In this document: positions 38,771 to 51,185 of the stretch, in pieces | How the letters are laid out: every line of letters begins with the position of its first letter | Numbering within the stretch: position 1 is the first letter of the stretch | NCBI GenBank assembly: GCA_030264375.1 | Contig: JASCQW010000148.1 | Span: forward strand, 13,695,411-13,759,410 | Length of the DNA stretch: 64,000 nt | Reading direction: 5' to 3' | Origin: Carcharhinus longimanus | Taxonomy: Eukaryota | The notes under the pieces: model-generated | The model's input: the letters and a program-made list of their open reading frames with translations, nothing else | The model's database searches: none | Told to the model about the DNA's origin: nothing | Made by a program: the position numbers and the translations under genes

Positions 38771-40360
38771 GTGAAAATTACTGACAGAATATTGAAGTGG
38801 AAACTGCCAATTCCAATAAAAAATTACATATTTGATTATCCTTCCCCACCACCAGCAATGTTCCCTGTACTGCTCATCAGTATACCTCACCCAAGGTCCT
38901 GTTTTCAAGAGGCTGTCTGGACAGTACGGGTTGGCAAGTCATTTTACGCTAAGGGGTGTGGGGGCGAGTGCAGGGAGGATATGGGTGAGGCTAGAATAAT
39001 ACAACTCCCAGTCAGGACCTGGATACATCCATGTAAGCACATCTTAAATGGCCGTGGCAGTGAGGGGGAGGGGGACAGTTCGGGGGGTCTAGGTCATGTG
39101 CAGAATTAGATGCAGAGTAAAGTTTCATCCGACAATGTGCATCAACGCGACCACAGAAGAATATTCTCCCCTGCGTCAGCGTGATATTTGTATTCCATTA
39201 TCTAAAAGCCACATGGTACCCAAGGACCCCTGTTTTTTTTTAATGACCATCCTTACTTAGAGAAGACTAACTCCTCAGGGCGATGCAACAGCCTTTGAAT
39301 TTTACCTTTAAAATAACTGCGTGACTCAAATTCACCATGGAAAATAGGAAAAACCTGGCAACAGGTCATCAATCTGAAACATTAACTCTTTGTTCTTCAC
39401 AGATGTTGCTAGACTTGATAAGTATTTTCAGCACTTTCTGCTTTTGTTACACACTATTCTTCTAGGAGACATCAGCATACTTACAAGTGCAAGATATTTT
39501 TCCATCTTTACACACCCAAGTGGATGAACACACCTGTCAGTAATGTCTTTGTGAGATCTCAGCACGCACAGTGTATGATTTTCTAACTGTTAATTCAAAC
39601 AGCAAGAAAACTGAATTTGAAATTTCTGATGTGGACACTTGGCAAACTAGGGTTCACAAAGCCAGAAAATGATCCATACACTTGCACCCCATACAAGGGA
39701 GAATTCACCAGAGAGAATAATAATCACATGGCCACACCATCTGTGAATCTGCAGTCCCAGCACTCAACACTGACAAGACTTCAAAAAAAGACTGAAATGA
39801 AAATATTCAGATCCATTGCAATACATCAGTCTGGATTTTATGCGGAGAGTAATAATGAGGGTCCATCAACATTAATCATCATTAGAAAGAAAAACTGACA
39901 ACTTCTGGCATCTGCACATTTAAAATGCATAAATCTTTCCACAAAGTGTGTTGTAACAGTTGTAACCTATAAAGGTGATATTGAAAGACAAACATATGCA
40001 CGGACTGTGGTACTTGCCCACTAGCTCTACACTAAAGGTGCCAAAAAAGGGGTGGTACATACAGAAGTAAGTAATTCCTCAAAGTGTAACATTGATAAGT
40101 ACTGCTGAATATATTAGATTCTATATTAGATATCGCTCTTGAGGCTAAAGGGATCAAGGAATATAGGGCGAAGGGGGGAATCAGGATATTGAATTTGATG
40201 ATCAGCCATGATCAAAATGAATAACAGAACAGGCTCAAACAACCAAATGGCCTATTCCTGNNNNNNNNNNNNNNNNNNNNNNNNNNNNNNNNNNNNNNNN
40301 NNNNNNNNNNNNNNNNNNNNNNNNNNNNNNNNNNNNNNNNNNNNNNNNNNNNNNNNNNNN

Positions 40361-40434
40361 TTGGACTAAAACCTGGTGTTGTCAGACTTTTTACTGTGTT
40401 TACCCCAGTCCAACGCCGGCACATCCACATCATG
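40361..40434 (+). mobile_element. Penelope-like element terminus next to an N gap
   Basis: Near-identical to 38700-38770. Confidence 0.8.
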
Positions 40435-40865
40435 ACAGCCAATGGCAGGCCACCACTGCTGCGGGGTGGAGATCCTGCCCATAGTTTGTCTTTAATTATC
40501 TCTAGGGAAAAAATGGTGGATGTGATCATTCTGGGCATGCTAGGTATAACACATCGCATTATTTAGCTAGATGAATCCAATAAAAGACTCTGAAGTCATT
40601 GTGATGACTATTTTGGCATTCAGAAACTTAATTTTTAATCTAAGCCTTCCCAAATGCTTGGAATACCAGAACAATACCAGACTCCTTGTGGATTTTATGG
40701 CAAAAGTGAATGATCTAGCCATACTGAAATAGGAACTTGAGCTTAAAGCTCTATACTTTTGGTAAATACTATCCATTATGTCATTCACTACTGTGCGAGT
40801 ACCTCATGTAATCAGCTTAAATCATTAAAAGCTGCATTCTTTTTGCTTGAAACTCTATTCAGTAC

Positions 40866-40996
40866 CTGAGTTGCTGGTCAGCTTCAACTAATTTAACTGC
40901 AGTCTCCTGTGCCCTTTGCTCCAGCTCTTCTGCATCTTTCTCAGTGTCTACCAAATGTTTCCTGGCATCATCATACCACTGGACAGTTTCTTTTGT
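40866..40996 (-). CDS. CNTRL: CNTRL exon (TKETVQ...DAEELEQRAQETAVKLVEADQQL)
   Basis: tggcag acceptor, gtactg donor, 131 nt. Confidence 0.94.
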
Positions 40997-41849
40997 CTGC
41001 CAGAATGATAAATGACATTAAAAAAACAAATTTGTGTGACTTTGTAAAGTAAACAGTAGAATTACTGTTGTAACTTTCATAGTAATATCCTCAAAAAATT
41101 GATTCAGACATTTAAAAAGGTAGAGATATAATTTACTGAACTAAAGAAAATAAACTGTACGTATATAATCAATGACCGAGAACTTAACAGCACAAAATGA
41201 TGATACTCGGTCCAACAAGTCGCTGTTGGTGCTTATGCTCCATGATCTGAAGCAGGGTTTTAATGCTAAAGCATTTTTGGTGATAATAGTAACATTATTT
41301 TAAAGAATTGAATGAATATAGTAACTGTATCGATTAAACATGATTAAATCCAAGATTAACAAAGATTAATTATGAAATTAATCACAATTTACTTTTTAAG
41401 AGGACACTTGACACCCAACTCGTATTAATTATTCACTAATACAGTGCCACCTCTCTCTATCGTAAGAGGTTATTTTACAAGTATGCACTACCATTAGGGA
41501 GTCTCATCAACAGACTGCGCGTATTCAAAATTTGAGCACGCGCTTTCCAAATTACTGTTAAGCCCCACTAGTGGAACAGACTTGCTAGACTACGTCTGAA
41601 ACACTTTTCTTAAGGCACAAATACTCATTAGCAGTAAAAGTTTTAAATAGTAAATCCGAAATACCTGGTTACATTTTTTGATCAAGTGGTTGCAGTAGGG
41701 AACTCTGTTTTTGTCAAATGTATCAACATGCATCGGTAGGGTGCACAATTGCCTCCCACTCTCTGCATTCAAAATTACACTCAGTGTCTTTACAAGAACA
41801 GGGCACATTTTCACTTCCCTTACCAACTCTATGCTCTTCAAAAAATCAA

Positions 41850-42905
41850 ACAGATCCCTTGGAGAAAAGAAGGTGCTGGAGTACATTTAAGAGAGAAATC
41901 AGGAAGGCAAAAAGAGGACATGAGATTGCTCTGGCAGATAAGGCAAAGGAGAATCCAAAGAGCTTCTACAATACATAGAGGGACAAAGAGTAACTAGGGA
42001 GACAATAGGNNNNNNNNNNTTAAGGATTAACAAGGTCATCAATGTGTGGACCTACAAGAGGTGGGCGAGATCATAAACAAGCATTTCGCATCAGTATTTA
42101 TGTTGAGAAAGGCATGGACGTTAGAGAACTTGGGGAAATAAATAGTGATGTTTTAAGGAGTGCACATATTACAGAGGAGGGAGTGCTGGAAGTCTTAAAG
42201 CGCACCAAAGTAGGTAAACCCCAGGACCTGATGAACCGTATCCAAGGACGTTGTGGGAGGCTAGGGAGGAAATTATGGGTCCCCTAGCAGAGATATTTGA
42301 ATTATTGACAGCCACAGATGAGGTGCCTGAAGATTGGAGGGTGGCAATGTTGTGCCTTGTTTAAGAAGGGCTNNNNNNNNNNAGTGAGCTTAATGTCTAT
42401 AATGGGTAATTTGTATTCTGAGAGACAGGATCTACAGGCATTTAGAGGGGCAAAGACTGATTATGGACAGTCAGCATGGCTTTGTGTGGAAAATCATGTC
42501 TCATAAATTTGATTGAGTTGTTTGAAGGGCTAACCAAGGTGACTGATATTATAGAAGTCTATAAAATAATGAGTGGCATAGATAAGGTAGATAATCAACA
42601 TCTTGGCGGCTAGGTCCAAAAATAGAGGGCATTGGTTTAAGGTAAAAGGTGAGAGATACAACAGGGTCCAGAGGGACAATTTTTTCACAGCGGATGGTGA
42701 GTATCTGTTACGAGCTGCTAGAGGCAGTAGTAGAGGCGGGTACAATTTTGTCTTTTAAAAAGCATTTAGACAATCAATGGGTAAGACTGGTATAGAGGGA
42801 TATGGGTCAAATGTGGGCAATTGGGACTAGTTTAACAGTAAAAACTGGACGGCATGGACAATTTGAGGCAAAAGGATCTGCTTCCATGCTGTAAATTTCT
42901 ATGAC
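41850..42905 (+). mobile_element. Internally deleted CR1 LINE
   Basis: KREIRKAKRGHE..KENPKSFY ORF2 segment; 3' tail of the same family as 3563-3755. Confidence 0.85.
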
Positions 42906-43164
42906 CTCCAACTACAAGACAGCATTGCTCGCGCCTAATGATCTACGTGGCAATGGACATTCCAGCACTCATGGAATTGATTAGAAATTAGGATATTTCT
43001 CACAACATGAGTCAAAAATGTGTTAAGTTACATTTATGTGATGAAGTATTTTAACTTTCAATCAAGACAAAACATTAGATTTAATTCAACCAAGGAAAAA
43101 ATGCATTTTAAAATTACAAACAATGGATTTCTAAAATAAGGGAATTTTCAGAATCTGTGGATCC

Positions 43165-43470
43165 AGAATGGCAAAGTGGTTAGCACAGCTGCCTCACAGT
43201 GTTAGGGACCTGGGTTCAATTCCAGCCTCATAACTGTGTGTGTGGAGTTTGCAAGTTCTCCCTGTGTGTGTATAAGTTTCTTCCGGGAGTTCCTGTTTCC
43301 TCCCACATTCAAAAAATGTGCAGTTTAGATGGATTAGCCTCACTAAGTTGCTCCATAGTGTCAGGTAAAGTAGCAGCATAAATACATTGGGTTACGGTGA
43401 TAGGACATGGTGGGATTGTTGTCGGTGCAAGCCAAATGGCCTCCTTCTGCACTGAAGGGATTTTATGAGT
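43165..43470 (+). mobile_element. tRNA-derived SINE
   Basis: tggcaaagtggttagc A-box-like and ggttcaattcc B-box-like motifs, LINE-like tail. Confidence 0.8.
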
Positions 43471-43668
43471 ATATGATATGTAGCACTTTGGTTAGGATAC
43501 TGTTTCATTAGATTTACTATTCAACAGCCAAGAAGTATCTTATGCTGCCTTTTGTTGTGGCCTTAGAGAAAGCAAAATCATTTTAGTCCCTTCTCAGCTA
43601 AGAAATATATGTTGAACATTAATGTGAACTGGTTGTAAGTATTAAGGATAACTTGGAAGCACACTTGC

Positions 43669-43861
43669 CTTTTCCCTTGTACTTTTGAGATCTGCCTCAG
43701 CCTCCATTAATAGTCTGTCTGCTTCTCGCAGTTCTGCCCTCCGTTTTGCTAGAGTTATCTCCAAGCATTCAATTTCATCAACAATACTGTCATGTTTCTT
43801 GAGACCTTTTTCCATATCAAGTTCATTCATGAGCAGGTCTATATGTCCATCGACAAAGCCT
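43669..43861 (-). CDS. CNTRL: CNTRL exon (GFVDGH...RRAELREADRLL...TREK), GC donor
   Basis: tcttag acceptor; AAG|gcaagt donor keeps frame with the next exon. Confidence 0.92.
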
Positions 43862-45991
43862 CTAAGAAAAAGGGACCGTCTTGTTTTAAACGCAATTACT
43901 TCTTAAAAGTTATTAATATGAATATATATCTTCATCACTTTGTTAATGCTGAATGAAAACGATGGGGATTACAGAAAATCAAAATGCGTGCACGACTTTA
44001 CACCACAGTAACTTGCATGCTGCAGCTATCCACAACCAACATAAATTCAAGAAGTTAACTTGGCCAGTGTCTCATTTTGATGTTGGTCCAACAGACTCTA
44101 ATACATAAAAAAAAATGGCAGCACCAGGGATCCAGGTTTGATTCCCAGCTTAGGTCACTGTCTGTGTGATGTTTGCATGTTTTCCTGATGTCTGCATGGG
44201 TTTCCTCCAGGTGTTCCCGTTTACTCCCACGTTCTGAAAGACGTGCTGGTTAGGTGCATTGACCCAAACAGGTGCCAGACTGTGGCAACTAGGGGAATTT
44301 TACAGTAACTTCATTGCAGTGTTACTGTAAGCCTTACTTGTGACTAATAAATTAACTTTACTTTGACAGAGATAGCACAGGAGCAATATGTTCAGGTTAG
44401 GAATAATACAACCTTGCTACTCAGAGCACTGTCTGACTAATTGAAATACATTTAGCACACTGAAGACAAATACTAAGTGTTATGATGAGAACAACACGTT
44501 TAAATCCATACAGATAATGGCTCATGCAGCACTTGACGAGATCTAAGTTTGCATCACTGACCTTATTTTTCTTAAAAAAGATAGCAGAGGCATAGAAATT
44601 AAATTTTGGCAAGATTTCCCTGGATGGGAGATCCAGGAGACCGAAAGAAATAGTGTAAATGTTTCACCTGAATTTCTGTGGATAGCTTGAAAAATTTATC
44701 CAAGTGATCAGGAAAAATTCAACCCCATAATATTTAGCATTTAAAATTAATTAAATTGTGATGTGTGTATTAAAGGAATTTCCCCTATTGCATCTACTTT
44801 GAAGACAAATTTATAGAATAGTATTTGTACAATTCTGAGGACATAGGTCTAGAAATTAGGTCATACCCAAAAATGGAGGTGCAGGGACAGAACAAACGTT
44901 GCGCAGTTGTTCAAATGATCACAGAGACCATATGAAATGATTGAATCAGGTTATTTATTGGCCGGGCTGAATTTTGTATATTTGGTCTCTTTAGTCACCC
45001 ACTCACCTCATGATACAAAATGATGTGGAAATATAGGTTGTAAGGAGAATACACAGAAGCTGCAAAAAGAGATAGGCAGGTTAAATGAGGGGCCAACAAG
45101 GATCATAATGTGGGGAAGTGTGTGGTTGTTCACTTTGGTAATAAGAACAGAAATGCAGAACATCTTTAAAAAGTTGTGAACACTTCAAATGTTTGTGTTC
45201 AAAGGACTTGGTTGTCCTTATACAAGGAATACAGGTACAAAATTAGGAACACAAATGGCATATTGGTCTTTAGTGCATGAGGATTGGTGTACAAAAATAA
45301 GGAAGCCTCGCCACAATGATTTGAGCTTTGGTGAGACCAGTCTTTGGTTTGGTCTCCACATATAAGGGAGGAGGCATCATTTAGGACTAATACAAAGACA
45401 GCAGGGGGAATTTTACCATCCCGCCTGCCACAGGAATCGTAGCGGGCAGGAGGTGGGCCATACAAAGGTCCGTTGACCTTGGGGGGGGATTTTCCAGCTC
45501 TGGGCGAGCGTGGCCAGAAAATTCNNNNNNNNNNNNNNNNNNNNNNNNNNNNNNNNNNNNNNNNNNNNNNNNNNNNNNNNNNNNNNNNNNNNNNNNNNNN
45601 NNNNNNNNNNNNNNNNNNNNNNNNGAAAATTCCAACCAGGATTGTGATTCTTTGGAATTCTCTTCCCCAATATACTACAGAAGCTCCAATTTAGATATAT
45701 TCAAAGTTGAGAGATCTTTGACCTCTCAGGGAATCAAGGGACATAGGAGCAGTGGAATTGAGGCTGATCATCAGCCATAATCTTAATGAATGGGAGGGCA
45801 GGCTCCTGGGGCCATATAATCTATACCCACTCCCATTTCTTACAGACTGGTATGATTTGAAACGTTTCCGAAATAGTAAGAATCAATCCTGTTAATTCTG
45901 ATATGCTTGTATGAAATGAAACAAATTTGAGACAAATGCTAAGTACTAGCAATAATACAGAACCTGCTTGTCACCAAATTAATTTTCTTAC

Positions 45992-46200
45992 TTTTGGTTG
46001 CTGTGCTTATGGGATGCCTTGTTCAATTCCTCAACTTCATGCTCCAACTCTTCTCTCCCATGCAATATTTCATGGATGCTGTGGCGAAGTTGTTCTATTT
46101 GCTCATGATACCTATCTGTGGATGGAGTTGTTGTCTGATCTTCACATTTATGGGACCTCAAATGTGCTAAAATATCTTCTAATCTACTGACTTCATTCTC
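45992..46200 (-). CDS. CNTRL: CNTRL exon (ENEVSRLEDIL...)
   Basis: tttcag acceptor, gtaaga donor, 209 nt. Confidence 0.94.
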
Positions 46201-46466
46201 CTGAAAGACAATTCCAAGTGTAAAATATTGCAATGTAATACAAATAGAATTTTAAATGTGTTAAATATAGGTGAAGGAATGCTAATAAGACTGCTATAAA
46301 ATTCTGCCTTCTATATATTGCGGGCAATTCTCCCAGAAAAATTCTAAGTGTCAAATTTGCATAAAAAATGGAGTAAATAAAAGTAAATTTTTTCAAACTG
46401 AATGTCTCAAATTGTGCACTGCAAAATGCATGAATTCATGGGCAGGGCCTATTCCTTCTGGAAGAC

Positions 46467-46538
46467 CATGATGTGGGTATGCCGGCGTTGGACTGGCGTA
46501 AACACAGTAAAAAGTCTGACAACACCAGGTTTTAGTCC
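46467..46538 (-). mobile_element. Penelope-like element terminus next to an N gap
   Basis: Reverse complement of 40363-40434 with 3 mismatches. Confidence 0.8.
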
Positions 46539-46933
46539 NNNNNNNNNNNNNNNNNNNNNNNNNNNNNNNNNNNNNNNNNNNNNNNNNNNNNNNNNNNNNN
46601 NNNNNNNNNNNNNNNNNNNNNNNNNNNNNNNNNNNNNNNNNNNNNNNNNNNNNNNNNNNNNNNCCCCCAATCTCTGCACCGATGTCTGGCTGTCAGTGCC
46701 AGAAATCCAACTGCCAGAGACTCGCGTAGGCTGTGCCCCCAGCAGGAAACCTGCTACACAGCGTCCGCTTGAGTCTCCCAGCCCACTGCATTGTAAAAGC
46801 AGTGCAACAGGCTCGCAGAATCATTCCCATTATGTTTTCAGAGATTTACTTACAAAGGTTTTTAAGCTTCTGATCAAAATAGTTGAAAGCTTTGGGAATG
46901 TTGCATTACACAGAAGGGTGTTAAAAGGCTTAC

Positions 46934-47241
46934 CAGGTCATGATGCTCCGGAACATTGCAGTGCAGAACACCAGCAGGAATAAGAGGGACAGTAAAGTTG
47001 GCAGGAGGAGGCCCATAAACAACTTGTGCTCCAGGTGGTGGAGGTCCATAGATAACAGTGCTCGAAAGATCAGGTCCAACATTGGCTGTTGCTGTTGGAG
47101 GTGGTCCATATACTACGGTACCTTGTGGCACAGGGGTACCATCAGGGTACATGGTATAAATAACTGAGCTTGGTGGGGCTACAAATGGTTGCCCGGGCAT
47201 GCCACAATCATCACTTTCAGTCCCACTATCTTCACCATCTC
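46934..47241 (-). CDS. CNTRL: CNTRL proline-rich exon (PDGTPVPQG..VYGPPP..GVLHCNVPEHHDL)
   Basis: ttacag acceptor, gtaagc donor, 308 nt. Confidence 0.96.
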
Positions 47242-48212
47242 CTGTAAAAGGCAAAAGGTTTATTTTACAATCACGCAAAATTCATGGAAACCTTCTAATC
47301 TATTATTTTCTTTATTAGACTAATTATTTTCTATAAAAATGCAACAATACCCTTTACAAATGTTTGGACATTTGAATTGTGCAAGGTTAGGACACAAAAT
47401 ACATTGTTCTTATCTTTGGGTAAAAAAAAACACATTGACCAGAAAACTTAAGAACAATGTTTTAGTTTTTTAATGGTTCTTCCTGTGTTATATGTCTTTC
47501 TTTGATACAAGTCAAGTATCATGCCTTATCCAGTATAAGAAAAGTTTAAATGCAAATTGTGGCCAGTACTACCCAGGTTTCACAATCTTTTGCACTAGTT
47601 TTAAAAGGATTCCCATAAAAGCAGACCCTACCTATTAAATAAGTGAATGAAATACCATTGAAAGCTTCTACCAATTGTGCACATTTGCAGGCCCTCAAGG
47701 AGACTCCAAAAATTAAACTGGAATATCTGGGCACAAGGACACTAATAGGTGCATTTTGAAAGATTCTGAATTTTTCTTCTGTTTCCATTTATTAAGGAAC
47801 TCACTACTCCACACCAATCTAATTAGAAAACAAACCTATTTTCTAATTTAAAATGAGTTATTTATTGATGATGGAGTGACACAAATTTAAATGCTTATTT
47901 TTTTTTTGGATAAACCCATTTTCAGCTGTCCTAATCAAATTTAACTGAAATACCGCTCTTAAAAAACCAAGGATTTTGTTTTAAAGCATATTTTTAAAAG
48001 CCAGGTTTTAAAACACTGCCTGACTGCACTGGTTCATGGCAAGTGTTGCATTTGGTAACACCTAAATGAGACTGAGCAGAAACTCAGGCAGAAAGGAGAA
48101 AACACTTTTCTAAGCAGATACAATATGGATTGGGATGGATGATTACGCCCAAAGCTAAAGATCTAGGCCCTTAAATCAATAGAGCCTTCCTTTTATCTCC
48201 TACGTTCTGTAC

Positions 48213-48408
48213 CTGTTTGGGTACAAGACTTCTGTGAAGAACGTCTGATTGGTGAATAAATCCAATAGCCTCGAGGAGCTGGCGGTGTGTATTCCACCTT
48301 CTCTCCTCTTTTAGGAATTGATCCTTGACCTGGAGTTGCTGGAACTTGATATACTGAGCTGATTCCAGAGTCTTTTGCATGATTATTTTGAGACAGCAGG
48401 CTTGATGG
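48213..48408 (-). CDS. CNTRL: CNTRL exon (PSSLLS...KDSGI...GYWIYSPIR...)
   Basis: ttttag acceptor, gtacag donor, 196 nt; the ORF track shows a different frame. Confidence 0.9.
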
Positions 48409-49264
48409 CTAAAATAAAAAAGGTGGAAAGAAAATCCATTAGCATCATTGAGGTATCAGTTACATTACAGGTCCACATACAGAATCTAACTGAACCTACA
48501 CAACTGGCAGTCCCAGAAGATCCATGTTGATTGGTAAATTGAATTTCTCATGGTCAATTTAGTACTAAATACCAAAGGATTAGTCTGATCTAGAAGTCAT
48601 TAAAATTAATATGTAACTGTAAAGAACATAATAAATTTTGATTAGTTGTACATCTGCCTTTCAGATTTTCGGAACACAAGCTTGTTCATTCGTAATAAGT
48701 TATGAGGTGATATGATTATAGCCACATATAAAGCTCCAACAGTCTAGATTTTTCAGTCGGATGAAATAACTACACTCACTGCTAACCTCAAAGAAAGATA
48801 CCTAAAAAGATCTAATCAATCTCTGTGACATGGATTACACCTTTTCCAATGTTAATCTTGCTTTGGCACCAGCTATATTAGATCTTCCACATCCAGCAAT
48901 GATATCATCAAGCAGGCTAAGCACCTAGCCATAATAAAGGATTTTCTCAAACAGTAAAGCAGGAAATAAAAAGCACAGATTGTCCCAGCAGTTCCAACCT
49001 TTTTTATGAAATGGTGAATCTTTGTATTAAAGAAACAGTTGAGGCTGGCTCCTATTTTCTCCAACTGAACTGCCCTCTAGCAAAAGTATTTTATCTCAAA
49101 ACACATCAAGCCACCAATTAATACAATTATCATTAGTTTCAGCAATCTACAATGAAAGTCCTATCATGAATTGCATGTCAAATCCAATAGATTTTTGTAG
49201 AAAATGTACACAATTTGAAAGTGTTTCCCATTAAAGACTTAAAATGTTTTCAGTTTATTTTAAA

Positions 49265-49765
49265 ATATTTTCTATTCATTCATGGGACATGGGCACCTCA
49301 GGCTGGCCAGCATTTATTGCTCATTCCTATTCCCCACCCCCAAGAAGGCTGTGGTGAGCTGCCTTCTTGAAACGCTGCAGTCCATGTGCTGTGGGTTGAC
49401 CCACAATTATGGTAAGGAGCGCCTTCCAGGATTTTGACTCAATGACTGCGAAGGAACGGAGATATATTTCCATGTCAGGATGATGAGTGGCTTGGAAGCA
49501 AACTTGCAGGTGGTGCTGTTCCCATGTATCTGCTGCCCTTGACCTTCTAGATGGAAATGGCTGTGGGTTTGGAAGGTGCTGGATCTATGGATCTTTGGTG
49601 CATTTCTGCACTGCATCTTGTAGATAGTACACACTACTGCCACTGAGCATTGCTGATGGAGGGAGTGGATATTTATGGATGTCGTGCCAATAAAGCAGGC
49701 CACTTTGTCCTGGATGGTGTAAAGCTTCTTCAGTGTGGTTGGAGCTGCACTCATCTAGGCAGTCT
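49265..49765 (-). mobile_element. LINE 3' fragment (CR1/L2 group)
   Basis: AAPTTLKKLYTIQDKVACFIG..HSLHQ C-terminal LINE ORF2-like text; related tail near 12950-13100. Confidence 0.7.
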
Positions 49766-50364
49766 ACAGCTCTCCATGTGAAAGTTACGATTGATACCCG
49801 GCTCTGCCTCTGTGAGCGGAATCTCTTGATCCAGGCGGAACTGATGACAGGGCAACTCTGAGGTCTTGCTCCACTGGCAGGTGCTCCCACCTTTCATTTT
49901 TTATATAAGCCAGTGCTGAGAATGCCAGTTCACACAGATAGGTTGTTGGAAATGGTGGGAAATACTGCTATAGTGCAATTTGAAATAAACAGGTTCTTTT
50001 GTCCCTCGTGCAGAGGCATCTTGCAAACTTCAGTTTCAGAGTACAATTTACTCTGAGTTCTGTAATTCCTTTCATTTTATTAATAACAAATCCTTTGATG
50101 ATTTAAAAGGAAGTGAGCTAAATGGAGCAGGTACCTAGTCAAAGTATTCCATACTCATGGAGGGGAAGTAGCATTCAAACATCTCTTGTATGATTTTGTC
50201 AGCAAGATTTGCTGCTACTAACCTGAACATCTCAATTTACCACTGGCCAGTTTTTCCTGCCAAAAGGTCAGTTTCGATCTGAAGCCTTGAAGTTTATCTG
50301 TGGCAGTCAGGATATTCTGGTTTTCCCCTGCACTTTAATACCCAGCTCATTCTGATGGTGACAA

Positions 50365-51185
50365 GATGGTGTTCTCTTCCCTGACAGGAAGAGAACACTC
50401 CTGCCTGGTGATTGTCAAATGGTGTTCATTCATCCATTGTCATAGAGTCTGCATGGAGACTTTCAGGAGAACAGTGACCACAACACCGCACAACCCCGTC
50501 ACAGCAACCTCTGCAAGACGTGCTGCATCATATCACGTGAGAACACCATCCACCAGGTACACGGTATGTATTCTTGTAACTTGGCCAACATTTCTACCTG
50601 ATATGCTACAGGAAAGGATGCCCTGAGGCTTGGTACATTGGTGAGATCATGCAGATGCTACGACAATAGATGAATGAACATTACTTGACAATCACCAGGC
50701 AGGAGCATTCTCTTCATGTCGGGGAACACTTCAGCAGTCACGGGCATTCAGCCTCTGAACCTCGGGTAAGCGTTCTCTAAGGTGGCCTTCACGACACAGC
50801 AGAATCGCTGAGCAGAAACTGATAGCCAAGTTCCACACACACGAGGACAGCTTCAACTGGGATCTTGGGTTCATGTCATACTATCTATAATCCCCACAAT
50901 TTGCCTGGACTTGCAAAATCTCAATAATTGTCCTGGCTGGAGACAGTACACACCTCTTTAACCTGTGCTTAATCCTCGCTCCACTCACATTGTCTGTACC
51001 TTTAAGACTTGATTACCTGTAAGACTCACATTCCAAGCATTATCTTGTAAATTGAGTGCATGTTTATATATGCCCTGTTTGTGAACACAACTCCTCACTC
51101 ACTTGAAGAAAAAGCGACATTACGAAACCTTGTGCTGCCAAATAAACCTGTTGGATTTTAACCTGGTATTGTGAGACATCTTACA
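50365..51185 (+). mobile_element. Penelope-like element 3' part (GIY-YIG endonuclease relic) with 5' inverted segment
   Basis: YLICYRKGCPEAWYIGE...RIAEQKLIAKF...DLGFMSYYL; mutated hammerhead near 51100-51134. Confidence 0.85.

Noticed and set aside
46934-47241. Repeated V(V/I)YGPPP motifs as a novel domain
   Set aside because: Also present in recalled human centriolin, so it is a conserved feature.
49840-49870. ctgatga as a hammerhead box
   Set aside because: No GAAA box after a stem II.
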